From positions 55,552,001 through 55,616,000 of the forward strand of contig CM097887.1 of assembly GCA_044892525.1 (NCBI GenBank): a stretch of DNA of 64,000 nt, written 5' to 3'. Both the position numbers and the translations under genes were made by a program. The stretch's first letter is position 1, and the number at the start of each line of letters is the position of its first letter. The notes beneath the pieces were generated by a model. That model was not told where the DNA came from. It made no database searches and saw nothing but the letters and a program-made list of their open reading frames with translations. Below are positions 12,777 through 23,500 of this stretch, in pieces. Source of the DNA: Schmidtea polychroa. Lineage: Eukaryota.

Positions 12777-14148
12777 ACCATATTGGAAATGTGAAATTTG
12801 TAATTGTCAAGTTAGAAAACATCATAAAGCAAGTCATGTTAAAACTAAAAAACATACATCTCGATTGGGTGGTGATCTTCAATCTTCAAAAACAACATCT
12901 TCGATATTGAAACCCTTTACTACTAAAAAATATCCAGGTGAAAGACATTTATTCCATCACAATTTTACTGCACCTGGAACAAGATTAGATATTAGACTTG
13001 ATGAAAATAATAATCCCAAACCTGGAGAAGAACCAGTGAATAGAATTGATCAAGCGGCTTTAAAACATGATATTGCTTACAATTCTGAAGACCTTAGGGA
13101 TAGACACCTTGCAGATGTTAATTTAATACATGATTTAAATAATATAGAAAATCCTTCAACCCAGGAAAAGATTCAAGCAGGACTAGTGAAATTAGCAATG
13201 AAAGGTAAGATCTTCTTTGGAGCTGGACACCCTAGAATAGCAAAAGATATTGCTATTAAAAAGATTATTCAACAAACAGAGATTGAGAATCAACTCGAGA
13301 GTGCATCCAAGACTAGTTTATTATTCCCAACAGAATCACAAATAAAATATGCCAATGAATTACACCATGAATTTAGAAAAAATAAAAAATATTTAAAAGT
13401 TCAAGTACATGAAAAAGATCAAACATGGTCTGCAGATTTAGTCTTTATGCCAACCAAATCATCAGACCCTGAAAAATATAAAATAATTTTAACAGTAATA
13501 GATTTATATACAAGATTTGCTCTTGCAAGATGTTTAGAAAATAAAACAGGATATTCTATTACAGAAGCATTTGAAAATATATTTGAAGAACATCAAAGAA
13601 TTCCAAAATATTTATGGTGTGATAAAGGAACAGAATTTTATAACAAAGTTTTTACAAAGTTTTTAAATGAAAATGATATTAAATTATATTCAACAGAAAA
13701 CGAAGGAAAAGCAGTCGTAGTTGAAAGATTAAATAGAACATTAAAAAATAAAATGTAGAAATATTTTACTGCTATTGGAAAACAAAAATGGAACAATGAA
13801 TTGTTACAAAAGATTGTAAATGAATATAATAATGATGTACATAGTTCTATAAAATCAACACCTTTAAATGCTTCCTTGAATCCTTTTAAACTTATAAATC
13901 CTTTGATGAATCCTGAAACCGTTAAAGTGGTAAATGAAAAACCAAAGTTTAAAATTGGTGACCGAGTAAGAATATTTAAATATAAAAATAAATTTGAAAA
14001 AGGATTCACAGCAAAATGGACAAATGAAATTTTTATTATAAATAAAATACATTATACAACTCCAACAACATATAGCATCATTGATTTAAATAATGAAAAA
14101 ATATTAGGTAGATTTTATAATAATGAACTACAGAGATCAAGCTTTTAA
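12763..14148 (+). pseudogene. C2H2 Zn-finger + parvovirus-type PLA2 + retroviral-type (rve) integrase fusion, with one in-frame stop at 13756-13758
   Basis: Zn finger CEICNCQVRKHHKASHVKTKKH; PLA2-like HNFTAPGTRLDIRL...PVNRIDQAALKHDIAY...RHLAD; integrase WSADLVFM...LTVIDLYTRF...LWCDKGTEF...AVVVERLNRTLKNKM*KYFT. ORF 13801-14148 is in the same frame, so the TAG probably replaces TGG (Trp). Confidence 0.9.
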
Positions 14149-15339
14149 AACAAACTTTTCCATATTTCAGCCTCTTCTCTATCCAAATAAATATAATTAT
14201 ATTTTTCTTTCCAATGATTATCTACAAACATATCAAACATTTGCTTATCAGGTTCAACATTTGAAAATAAATCACTATAAATCATATTCTTATCACGCTT
14301 TTCTAATTTAAAAAAATATAAAACAATTGGAATTATTTCTTATAGAGTTTTTATCTAAAGCATAATAGGTTTGAGATATATAAATAACATTACAATTATT
14401 ATGTCGACCTCGTGTAAAGTAACTCTTTTGAATCTTTTGATTTTTCATGTTGACGACATCATCAAATATAACTAGATTCTTTTTATCTTTAGGAAGTAAA
14501 TCACAATGTAAAACATCTTCAGATTTATTAGAGAATAAAACTTGGATCCCTTCGGAGACGTAATCACTTTTATTATCAATATCTGATTCTAAAATCTTTT
14601 CCTTGTACCAATCAATCATATCACAAGGGTGAAAAACCTCATCAGGACATCTATGTTGGTTTTTATATCAAACATTTGCTTATCAGGTTCAACATTTGAA
14701 AATAAATCACTATAAATCATATTCTTATCACGCTTTTCTAATTTAAAAAAATATAAAACAATTGGAATTATTTCTTATAGAGTTTTTATCTAAAGCATAA
14801 TAGGTTTGAGATATATAAATAACATTACAATTATTATGTCGACCTCGTGTAAAGTAACTCTTTTGAATCTCTTGATTTTTCATGTTGACGACATCATCAA
14901 ATATAACTAGATTCTTTTTATCTTTAGGAAGTAAATCACAATGTAAAACATCTTCAGATTTATTAGAGAATAAAACTTGGATCCCTTCGGAGACGTAATC
15001 ACTTTTATTATCAATATCTGATTCTAAAATCTTTTCCTTGTACCAATCAATCATATCACAAGGGTGAAAAACCTCATCAGGACATCTATGTTGGTTTTTA
15101 AAAATATCAATTATAGCCTTTTTAGTTAATTTATTTTCAAATCCACATTTCAAAAGTTGTAACTCTGGTTGGTTTATGGTTGTGGAATAAAAGATTAAAT
15201 TATTATAATCTAAAAAACCATCTTCTAGTAATATTCTCAAAAGAAGTACATTCTTTCCACATCCCGAAGAATTATCAGGAAATACTTTATTATTAAATTT
15301 ACTCTTGTGCCGAGTTAAAATCGGATTCCAAGTATCCAT
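14146..15339 (-). pseudogene. Polinton packaging ATPase (A32/FtsK-like), disrupted
   Basis: Walker A-like SSGCGKN, Walker B LVIFDDV, and YFTRGRHNNCNVIYISQ. An extra T in a T7 run creates CFIFF*; removing it gives KLEKRDKNMIYSDLF...IWKSLF*. There is also a 435-bp internal tandem duplication. Confidence 0.88.
14230..15099. repeat. 435-bp direct tandem duplication inside the ATPase gene (14230-14664 and 14665-15099)
   Basis: The two copies are identical by eye except one SNP (NQKIQK vs NQEIQK). Confidence 0.93.
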
Positions 15340-15354
15340 TTTATTTATTAAAAA

Positions 15355-15991
15355 ATGACAACTGAAGAATCTTTAAAGGAATTAATAAATTCAAACAAGA
15401 GTAAATCAGTAGTAATTAATGGTAAAAAATACTTTATTGGAAAACATGTAAAAGAACAAGTTAAGAAGAGAATGAAGGAGTCTTCGACTACGAAAGGAGG
15501 TATTCTTCCATTAGCGGCTTTAATACCTGCAATCATTGCAGGTTTATCAGGTGCTGCTGGAATAGCTGGCAAAATTGCAAGTACAGTTCAAAAATCTAAA
15601 GAATCTCAAAAGACAGACTTGGAAAAAGAAAAACTACAAACTGAAATCGATTCAATGAAAAAGGGTAAGGGTTTATATCTCAATCCTTATGAAGGTAGAG
15701 GGTTATATCTCAATCCATATAAGGGTCGAGGCTTAAATGATTTTTTAAAAAATCAAATTTTAAAAGATTAATCTTTATCATCAAAAGATAAGGATGATTT
15801 AAAAAAAATGTGTAAGTCTTTAAAGAAAGGATGTCTTTGTAAACTTGGAGGAACTCCCCAGAAAAAAAGGTAAGGGTTTATATTTACAAGCTGTTGAGTC
15901 TGAAGAAGAAGAAGAAGAAGAAGAAGAAGAGTCCGAAAGTCAAATAGAAGAAGAGTCTGAAGAAGAAGAGTCTGAAGGTCAAATATGGTAA
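15355..15991 (+). pseudogene. Adenovirus pX/pVI-like core or membrane-lytic precursor with repeated GxG-LYL motifs and an acidic tail
   Basis: GGILPLAALIPAIIAGLSGAAGIAGKIAS; GKGLYLNPY, GRGLYLNPY, GRGL. The frame continues past TAA (15769-71) as SLSSKDKDDLKK...CKLGG, and after removing one A from an A7 run it reads GKGLYLQAVESEEEEEEEEE...QIW*. Confidence 0.7.
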
Positions 15992-16006
15992 ATTGAGGGT
16001 ATAAAA

Positions 16007-16828
16007 ATGGTATTCGAAGAAAGATTAGGACTTTTAAAAAAATTACAGTTAGAACAAGATAATTATAATATAAAAGATACGACTCAACGCTCTCAATCTT
16101 TAGCATTAAATACTGCAATGACTCAACAACAACAGCAACCAATAATTAAAGCTATAGAAGCCATAAAGAGTGAAGGTCCTAAAGCTATAGAAGGACCAAG
16201 TATTAAAGCCATAGAAGGACCAACCGAAAAGTCTGTCGAAAGGAATCAAGGAAAACGTAGAAAACTCTCAGGTGTGGAAGAAGAAATACTTTCAAATACA
16301 AAACCTCTTAAAGTTGATCTTCAAACTAGAGAGTGTTTATCTGATTCAATTAAAACTATATTTAATATTACTCCTGAAGGATATCAAATTATAACAATTA
16401 ATAAACAAAACTTTACTTTATATATAAACTCTGAAGGTAAAAATCGTATTCATTCTCAAAATGTTTATAATAATGAATATTTAGACTATGAATTTACAGA
16501 TGATTTTTATAGATTAATTTGTGGATATCCTTCAGATGATGTTAAAGAAATTGAAAAATATTTAAATTTTATAAAATTAATAAATGGTAGTACAAAAGCT
16601 AAACACATTCAAGATTTAAAGAATTATTTAAATAAAAATGAAAGGGGTTATGTTGTTAAAGAAGGTGAGGGACTAGATCCGATCTCTAAGTTTATAGAAT
16701 TGAGAAAACTATTAGCCGCTAAAAAAGCAGGACATAATAATTTAGATCCTGATATTTTAAAGATTTCAAAAGATTTATTAAAACAAAGAATGCTTTCAAA
16801 ACGTAAATTTAATAAATATATAAAATGA
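16007..16828 (+). CDS. Conserved Polinton hypothetical protein, 273 aa
   Basis: Contains KAIE(GP) repeats and a C-terminal GEGL...ELRKLLAAKKAGHNN motif resembling a conserved Polinton ORF. It sits upstream of the protease. Confidence 0.6.
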   Translation: MVFEERLGLLKKLQLEQDNYNIKDTTQRSQSLALNTAMTQQQQQPIIKAIEAIKSEGPKAIEGPSIKAIEGPTEKSVERNQGKRRKLSGVEEEILSNTKPLKVDLQTRECLSDSIKTIFNITPEGYQIITINKQNFTLYINSEGKNRIHSQNVYNNEYLDYEFTDDFYRLICGYPSDDVKEIEKYLNFIKLINGSTKAKHIQDLKNYLNKNERGYVVKEGEGLDPISKFIELRKLLAAKKAGHNNLDPDILKISKDLLKQRMLSKRKFNKYIK

Positions 16829-17295
16829 AGAGTCTGGGGGTATTGGATTTTTTAAAAACATTTGGAATAAATGCAAAAACAAATTTTGATTTAAAAGATT
16901 ATGCAGATTATTTAAATTTAAAAATTAAAATATTAATGAATGATGAATTGTTGAGTCTGAAGGGTTTGAAGGATAATATAATAATAAATTATCAAAATTC
17001 AAATGAAAAAGGATCTCATTGGGTTTGTATATATGGGGGACCTTCGGACAAGGATGGAGGAGTCCCTATCTACTTTTATTCTTTTGGGATTAAACCTACT
17101 AAAGAAGTAGAAGATTATCTCTCGAAGAGTTCCCCGAAAGGCTACACCTTTAATTCTTTACAAGTTCAACCTAATAATACTAAAATATGTGGGGTTTTAA
17201 GTTTATATGTTTTATATAGATTAAACAATGACAGTGTTCAAGATTTCAAGGGGATAATCCAAGAAATTTATAAAGATTTAAAACCTCTACTATAA
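16825..17295 (+). CDS. Adenain-like cysteine protease (Polinton PRO); the catalytic Asp appears mutated
   Basis: IINYQNSNEKGSHWVC (His); YFYSFG where YFDSFG is typical; QVQ...ICG (Gln, Cys). Confidence 0.85.
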   Translation: MKSLGVLDFLKTFGINAKTNFDLKDYADYLNLKIKILMNDELLSLKGLKDNIIINYQNSNEKGSHWVCIYGGPSDKDGGVPIYFYSFGIKPTKEVEDYLSKSSPKGYTFNSLQVQPNNTKICGVLSLYVLYRLNNDSVQDFKGIIQEIYKDLKPLL

Positions 17296-17296
17296 A

Positions 17297-18043
17297 ATGG
17301 AAGATAATTTAAAAAAAATGGTAAACATAATGTCGATTAAATATTCAAGAAGTTTATTAATAAATTCAAAAGAATCAGATTTTACTATAAACTTTGAAGA
17401 TTCTATAAATTTAGATCAAGATTTAAATTATGAACTAGGACTCTTGTGGTTTAGCTGTTTTAATACTATTTTTAATATTAATACTGATAATAATAAATTT
17501 GAAATAATAACGAGGATTGATCCGATTCCTAAAATTATAACAATCGAACCAGGATCATATGAAATAACAGATTTAGGTAAAGCAATTAAAAAAGAAACAG
17601 ATGGAGCTATAGAAATAAAAGTAGATGTTCAAACTTCAAAATGTATTGCAACTTTAAAAGATATTCAACTTCAGGTTACTGCTTCTAGTTTCCTTCATAC
17701 TATTTTAGGTTTTGAAGCCAGAGAACATCTACAACTAACAACAAGAACTATTAAATCTAAAAATATTATACAAATAACAAATACAAATTCTATAAATATA
17801 GAATGTGATTGTATAACAGGTTCATATAATAACGGTAAACATGCAAATATTTTATATTCCTTTCCTTCTAATGTTGTTCGAGTTGGATATAAAATGGTTG
17901 AAAGAATGAATCCCCCAAATTATTTACCTTTATGTAGAAAAAACCTAATGGATATTCATTTTAGAATTGTTGATGAAGATGGAAAGCTAATTGACTTTAA
18001 TGGTGAAAGGATTACAATGTATTTACATTTGAAACAAGTCTGA
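17297..18043 (+). CDS. Polinton minor capsid protein (penton, single jelly-roll), 248 aa, intact
   Basis: YELGL...NTIFNINTDNNKF...IEPGSYEI...ILGF...INIECDCITGSYNNG...ILYSF...FRIVDEDGKLIDFNGE. Confidence 0.85.
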   Translation: MEDNLKKMVNIMSIKYSRSLLINSKESDFTINFEDSINLDQDLNYELGLLWFSCFNTIFNINTDNNKFEIITRIDPIPKIITIEPGSYEITDLGKAIKKETDGAIEIKVDVQTSKCIATLKDIQLQVTASSFLHTILGFEAREHLQLTTRTIKSKNIIQITNTNSINIECDCITGSYNNGKHANILYSFPSNVVRVGYKMVERMNPPNYLPLCRKNLMDIHFRIVDEDGKLIDFNGERITMYLHLKQV

Positions 18044-18078
18044 AAGTCATTCTGAAGGTCTATGTTTATCCTATAAAA

Positions 18079-19005
18079 ATGAATTATAATAAGTTGGGGT
18101 TGTACAATGATGGACTAAAAGATGAAGATGTTATAACCCTTACAGAAAAGAGATTTATTAATGAAAAAGGAGATTCAATGAAGGGCGATTTAAATTTAAA
18201 TGCTCACAAGATAAAAGATTTAGGTCCTCCGATTGATGACTTTGATGCAACTAATAAAAAATATGTTGATGGTGTTAAAAATTATACTGAATCCAAGCTT
18301 AATAATATCGAACAACGATTTAATGATAAATTTGACAAGTTACAAAGTTTGTTAACTGAACAAGTTGTAAAGTTAAATACTACCATATTACAACTTATGG
18401 ATAATAAATTTAATACAATATATAATATAATAAATGAGATGATTGCATCATTTAATGCAAGACTTGTCAAATTAGAGTCTCATACAACACACATTAACAC
18501 AACACACACCATTAGAAAAAGAGCTGCTGAATTAGAACAGAATAATACATTATTACCCCATACATATAAACATTTTATAGAACCAACTTTAATAATAACA
18601 AATAGTAAAGAATGGTCTTGTTTTATGGTTGTAAAGATTATTGATCCTTATTTCTTTTTATTTAATGATGATGGTGAAACAATGAAATGGTTTGTAAAAT
18701 GTGATTATAATAGTAAGTTTGAAAAGGATGAAGTTATAATAACTGGTTATGATTTACCACATGGACATTGGCATGATAAAACTGATTCACATAAAACACA
18801 TAAAGTTAAAAGTAAGAATATTATTTTTAAAAGTAAACTTGTAAATTATATAGATTTAATATTTTATGAAAAAAAGGTTGATGTTGATGAAGTTCGTAAA
18901 GCGTTGATAGAATTGTCCAGGAGGTCAAGTAGTACAATATCCAAAGATAGAGGGACTTCGTCCAGAGGTTCCAAAGGCTGTCGCATCTGCTCCTACAGAA
19001 CTTGA
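18079..19005 (+). CDS. Putative fibre/spike-like protein, 308 aa
   Basis: GDSMKGDLNLNAHKIKDLGPPIDDFDATNKKYVD resembles phage tail-fibre shaft repeats. It is followed by a heptad coiled coil and a globular C-terminus, and lies directly after the penton gene. Confidence 0.5.
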   Translation: MNYNKLGLYNDGLKDEDVITLTEKRFINEKGDSMKGDLNLNAHKIKDLGPPIDDFDATNKKYVDGVKNYTESKLNNIEQRFNDKFDKLQSLLTEQVVKLNTTILQLMDNKFNTIYNIINEMIASFNARLVKLESHTTHINTTHTIRKRAAELEQNNTLLPHTYKHFIEPTLIITNSKEWSCFMVVKIIDPYFFLFNDDGETMKWFVKCDYNSKFEKDEVIITGYDLPHGHWHDKTDSHKTHKVKSKNIIFKSKLVNYIDLIFYEKKVDVDEVRKALIELSRRSSSTISKDRGTSSRGSKGCRICSYRT

Positions 19006-19513
19006 AGTCATGAGGGTGAAAGAATATAAATCAGAGACTTTACATTGAAAGGACTTGCTTCGTCATTATAAAAAAATTAAAAAAAGATGGAATAATGGGA
19101 ATACAGCTTTAAAGATTATAGGTTACTCCTTGGGATTTATATCTGCAATACTTACAATTGTTTTGCCAATAACCCTACCGGCTATTACTCTTGCACCCGT
19201 AATCATTGGAAGTATTTCTGTAGCTGATTCTTTCTTGACTGAAATAGTTTCTTTATCCTATACTTCAAAAAAGAAAAGCTTATATCGTGAAGTTTGTCTG
19301 GCAATCGACTTGGGGATATCTAAATTATTTTTATTTCAGATGAAAGCCATGGAGGATGGAATCCTAACAGATGAGGAAATAATGAAATCAAATCAAATAA
19401 TCCAAGATATTAAAAATTAAGTTATAAAGTTGAAAACCACAAAGGTTAAAGCTGATAAATATTCTAACAAGGAATACCGAGAGAAATGGTTGAAGGAGAA
19501 GACTTCGACGTAG
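18911..19513 (+). pseudogene. Polinton two-TM-helix protein (putative membrane-active), with in-frame stops at 19046 and 19418
   Basis: YPKIEGL...RVKEYKSETLH*KDLLRHYKKIKKRW, then a hydrophobic hairpin, then SKLFLFQMKAMEDGILTDEEI. The frame stays open on both sides of ORF 19055-19420. Confidence 0.6.
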
Positions 19514-19537
19514 ACCTATATAATTTTTAAATTAAAA

Positions 19538-19738
19538 ATGAATTCCAGATTGAATGATTTTAGAAGTTTATCATTAGAGGATAAACTTAGAATAGGTGAA
19601 AAGTGTTACATCTTTTATCTTGTAAGAATTAAAGACCGTGATCTTTTAAATAAAATAACTAAATTTAAATATTTAAGCATACAAGACCAAATTGGAAGAG
19701 GAGAATACTATTTTGCTTTATTCCCTCAACTATTTTAA
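19538..19738 (+). CDS. Small hypothetical Polinton protein (66 aa)
   Basis: Has an AAAAATG start context like neighbouring ORFs. No recognised motif. Confidence 0.35.
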   Translation: MNSRLNDFRSLSLEDKLRIGEKCYIFYLVRIKDRDLLNKITKFKYLSIQDQIGRGEYYFALFPQLF

Positions 19739-19748
19739 TTTTTTAAAA

Positions 19749-20186
19749 ATGGATGGCTTTATAAAAAAAATTGAACAGCTTTCAATGATTGACCCTTTAA
19801 TTTTAAACAAGATTCAACAAAAAGAGAAGGCTTTTGAATTTGCAAGATTAAAGAGTTAAAACCCTAAAATGAATCAAAGTGAGATTTGTAAAATAATCGG
19901 GACTTCAGACTCGACGATGAGACGAATTAGAAAGGATTTAGGAATTGACTCTCCCTATAGGCATACAGGCAAGAAGAAAAAGACTAAAGAGACCAAGGGT
20001 TTTTATTGTAAGGATTGTTCAAGTACTGTACTTGATAAAAACCATCAATGCGTCAAGTCTAAAAAGTATCAAAGACAAAAGAAAGATCCTTTAGCCTCCG
20101 GGCCAGACCATTCTGAAGTCTCTACGACTGAAGATGTTGAAGATATTTTAGATCGAACTAGTATCATGTTTAAAAACTTTAAATAA
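19749..20186 (+). pseudogene. Helix-turn-helix protein with one in-frame TAA at 19857
   Basis: MDGFIKK...RLKS*NPKMNQSEICKIIGTSDSTMRRIRKDLG. The upstream ATG at 19749 is in frame with ORF 19869-20186. Confidence 0.6.
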
Positions 20187-20453
20187 ATGGACGAACGTGT
20201 TTTAAACTTGATAAAAAGTGATCCCATCATTAAAAAGGAATCAAGTATTGCATTAAAAGAATATAATGAGAAATCCCCAGAGGATAAAGCCCTGCAAGCC
20301 GCGCAACTTGCTATTCGAGAGCCTGTACTTCTCTGGATTATAAATGATTTAGAGATTCAGTTGATGAAAATCAATAAAGAGATTAAAACCAGAAAGACTT
20401 TAGCCAAGGCAAACCGAGAGAAAATAAAAGAGAAAATAGAAAAGAGGTTATAA
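20187..20453 (+). CDS. Small coiled-coil Polinton protein (88 aa)
   Basis: Abuts the preceding stop codon. Helical, Lys/Glu-rich. Confidence 0.4.
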   Translation: MDERVLNLIKSDPIIKKESSIALKEYNEKSPEDKALQAAQLAIREPVLLWIINDLEIQLMKINKEIKTRKTLAKANREKIKEKIEKRL

Positions 20454-20587
20454 CTATAAAAGTAAAAATTTTTATTATTGAAACAGATGGTCGATTCAAA
20501 CCTTTAATAATATCATTTAAAAATGTTTTGGATAAAAGGACTTTGTCATCTGTTAAAGACTTTAAGTTTTCAAAAATGGATCGCATT

Positions 20588-23500
20588 TCAGTCATTTTTA
20601 AGCATTAAGAATGAGATTTCATCATCGATGACTGAATGGTCTATTGGTATTGGGTTTCTAACTTGATTGTATAGTGGTTTTTGTTCAAGGTGTAATTTAA
20701 AATATTTATCCTTGGGTCTTTCAGGGTATATAATTACAACTTTACTTAGTTGAATATCTGTGATGTTTGTACCAAACAAACCTTTCATATATGGGATCAA
20801 ATCATTCCCTATTGGAAGTGTTGTTTTCAAATCACTCAGTATACATCGCTTATCATCATAATTTGATAATGATATTTTGTTTGATTCTTCTAAATACATG
20901 TTATGCTTCTCAGATTTAAGTTGATGTACCTCAACTATTTTATCCTCATAATTTATATTCAGTGAATCTTTATAATCCTAATGAGTAATTGTTTTCGATA
21001 CTGATTTCTGTATTCCTTTACTTTTATTATCCTTGGAGGTTTTTACATATGGAGTTATTATAGGTCGATCAAATGTATAGTCTATTATTTCCCCTGTTCC
21101 TATCCTGATTTTAATTGTTTGGCTTATCATCTTCGGGGCTTCAATCATTTCAAGTGAATATTGTTTGGCCCTAATAAATACAGCATCGGTTATTGGTGTA
21201 TTTGGTTTTTCATCTTTAAAGGTGAATAATTCTCCAGATGAATTTATTAAATTCCTTAGGATTTTATTTTCGGATATTTCCTTTTTTAGGTTTTTAGTAT
21301 ATATTTTTAAAAACATACTGTCGGTATCCATTGCGTGCATAGATATTCTATCTTTAAAATGTGGTACTAGAATATCATAATAGGTTTCATACATTTGTAA
21401 CTTGGACAGTTCTAAAATGCTAAAACCTATAAAGATTGGTTTGTTATAAGTCTTTTCACTATTTTTTAGTTCAACGGCCACAAGGTTCTTGGAGAATACT
21501 TCTGCATTTTTAAATGTAGGTTTCCCAAGCATTCGATTATACCTTGCAAAATCCTTTCGAGTATTTGTTAATAATTCTACACGAGTATATTTGTCAACAT
21601 TTTCCATTGTCTTTCCAAAAACTGCATTATTTAAAAGTTTATAAATCATGTCGAGGAAAGCGTTTCCATTTCTTTTTGCTTCGTTTCTTTTTCTAATATT
21701 TCCCTCTATAAAGGGTTTCATGAATGGGGCTTGTTTGAATTTTATAATAGAGTGAACATTTTTTAAAACCATTCCATGTGAAAGATAAAATTGTAACAGT
21801 CGATAGTGACAAAGGTAATAGGTTTTATCAGTTTGGTCACATAAAAGTTTTGTAGTTGTAGGTCTATTTTGTTCAATCTGCCAAGGTAAAAGTTCATTGA
21901 TATCTATTTTTCTTTTCACAGGTGCAAACGGAAAGTATCTAGTTGAAGATTTTATATCATCTGGGTATTCTAGATCACACTCTATAACATATCCTATTTC
22001 TGAATCCTTTTCAGTTGATAATATTTCATTCAAAAGGTTTTCTAGCTCATGCTTTTCCTCTGGGAGAGGAATGCAGGTGAAGCCTCCAATTGGTAAATAT
22101 CGAGTCATTACTCCTCCATATAGAGCGGTTGCATCAACATAAACTATTTCACATGGGTCAGATAATCCTTCCTTTATTAATTTAGAATCCTGTTTTGTTT
22201 TTATTTGTATATAGTTTGCATTTGAATCTTTAAAGAATTTCTTATGTAGGGATTGGAAGTTGTTTGCAGTGATTTCCCGATCTCCCATTACTGAACTAAC
22301 ACCCCCACGATTATTTTCTTTAAATAGATTAAACACATCAAGATCAACTAATAGTTCTATGGACTGAGAGGACTCCTTCCATATAGTATATAATAAAATA
22401 TCCCAAGCTAGAGATGGAGCTGTTATATAGTTATAGGGTTTTAATTCAAATGCCTTGCAAAATCCCTCGAAACAATCTGCTAGGATATAAACATCAAGGG
22501 ATAAATACATGTCAGTATAATCCCCCATATTTTTACATTTGAAAAGTTCCCACATTTTATTAGCTCGGGCATATTCCTCATCGCTTATACCTACTTGTTG
22601 CAGTTTTGAAAAAAACAAGTCTTGACCTGGTAAAGTGGTTTCATTATATCTATCAAATGAGTTGATGTAATCATAAGGATAGATTCCTTTAGCCAAACAG
22701 GTTTTATATTCCTCCAGGGGAATATTATTTTTTTCTAATACCTTTTCAATTGTATGCTCAAAGTCTTCAGGTTTCATGGTTTTTGAAATCCCATCTAGTG
22801 ACATTCCTAAAAAGTTTATATTCTTCCCATTGTTGATCTGAGAAGTTTATCGGATAGTTTGTTTTTAAAGTTTTAAAAAGTTTATGTTCTAAATCATTTA
22901 TGTCTTTTGTAAAATGATCTAGAGTTTCTTCTTCTGAGGATCCTCGATATGAATATTCTTCTGATTTAATGAGGTCGGGGTAATTACTTTTAAAGAATAA
23001 TTTGTAAGCTGAAGGCATTTGTTTTGTTAATTTTATTGTGTAAGATTTTTTATTTAACCTTAAAAAGTTTTTCATACTCTCCAATCCTGTTGATTTGAGA
23101 TTGTTCCAGGAATCTAATAGATTATTTTTTTCTATTATTTTTAAATATTCTTCCTCTAAATCTTGTTTTATGTTAATCGCCTCAAAGTCTCCGATTATTG
23201 CACCTAATGATTCTAGTAAGTTTGAAAAGTTTTTAAAATGCATGCTGGCCTTTTCCTTGCTTGGCATTTTAATTAAAGCTGCTTGGTTTTTCCTACACAA
23301 TCTTTCATGCTTAATTGCTGATAATCTAGATGTTGAATAGTGAAGACATCTTTTACATGTTATCCCACCTCTAACCTGAGTTTTTGATCGCATAAAACCT
23401 TGAAAGTTTTTTATGAGAATATAGTGTTGTTTTCTTTCAATCTCTTGTATATTTTCAATATTTAAATCTTGTTCTGTGAGAGTTTGAATATCTTCTCCAT

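Noticed and set aside
13638-14052. Minus-strand ORFs over the integrase (also 21165-21380, 21897-22142, 23095-23340 over pPolB)
   Set aside because: Antisense shadows of real genes with no motifs.
15768-16142. Minus-strand ORF with a poly-Leu run resembling a TM or signal peptide
   Set aside because: It is the antisense reading of the (GAA)n poly-Glu tract.
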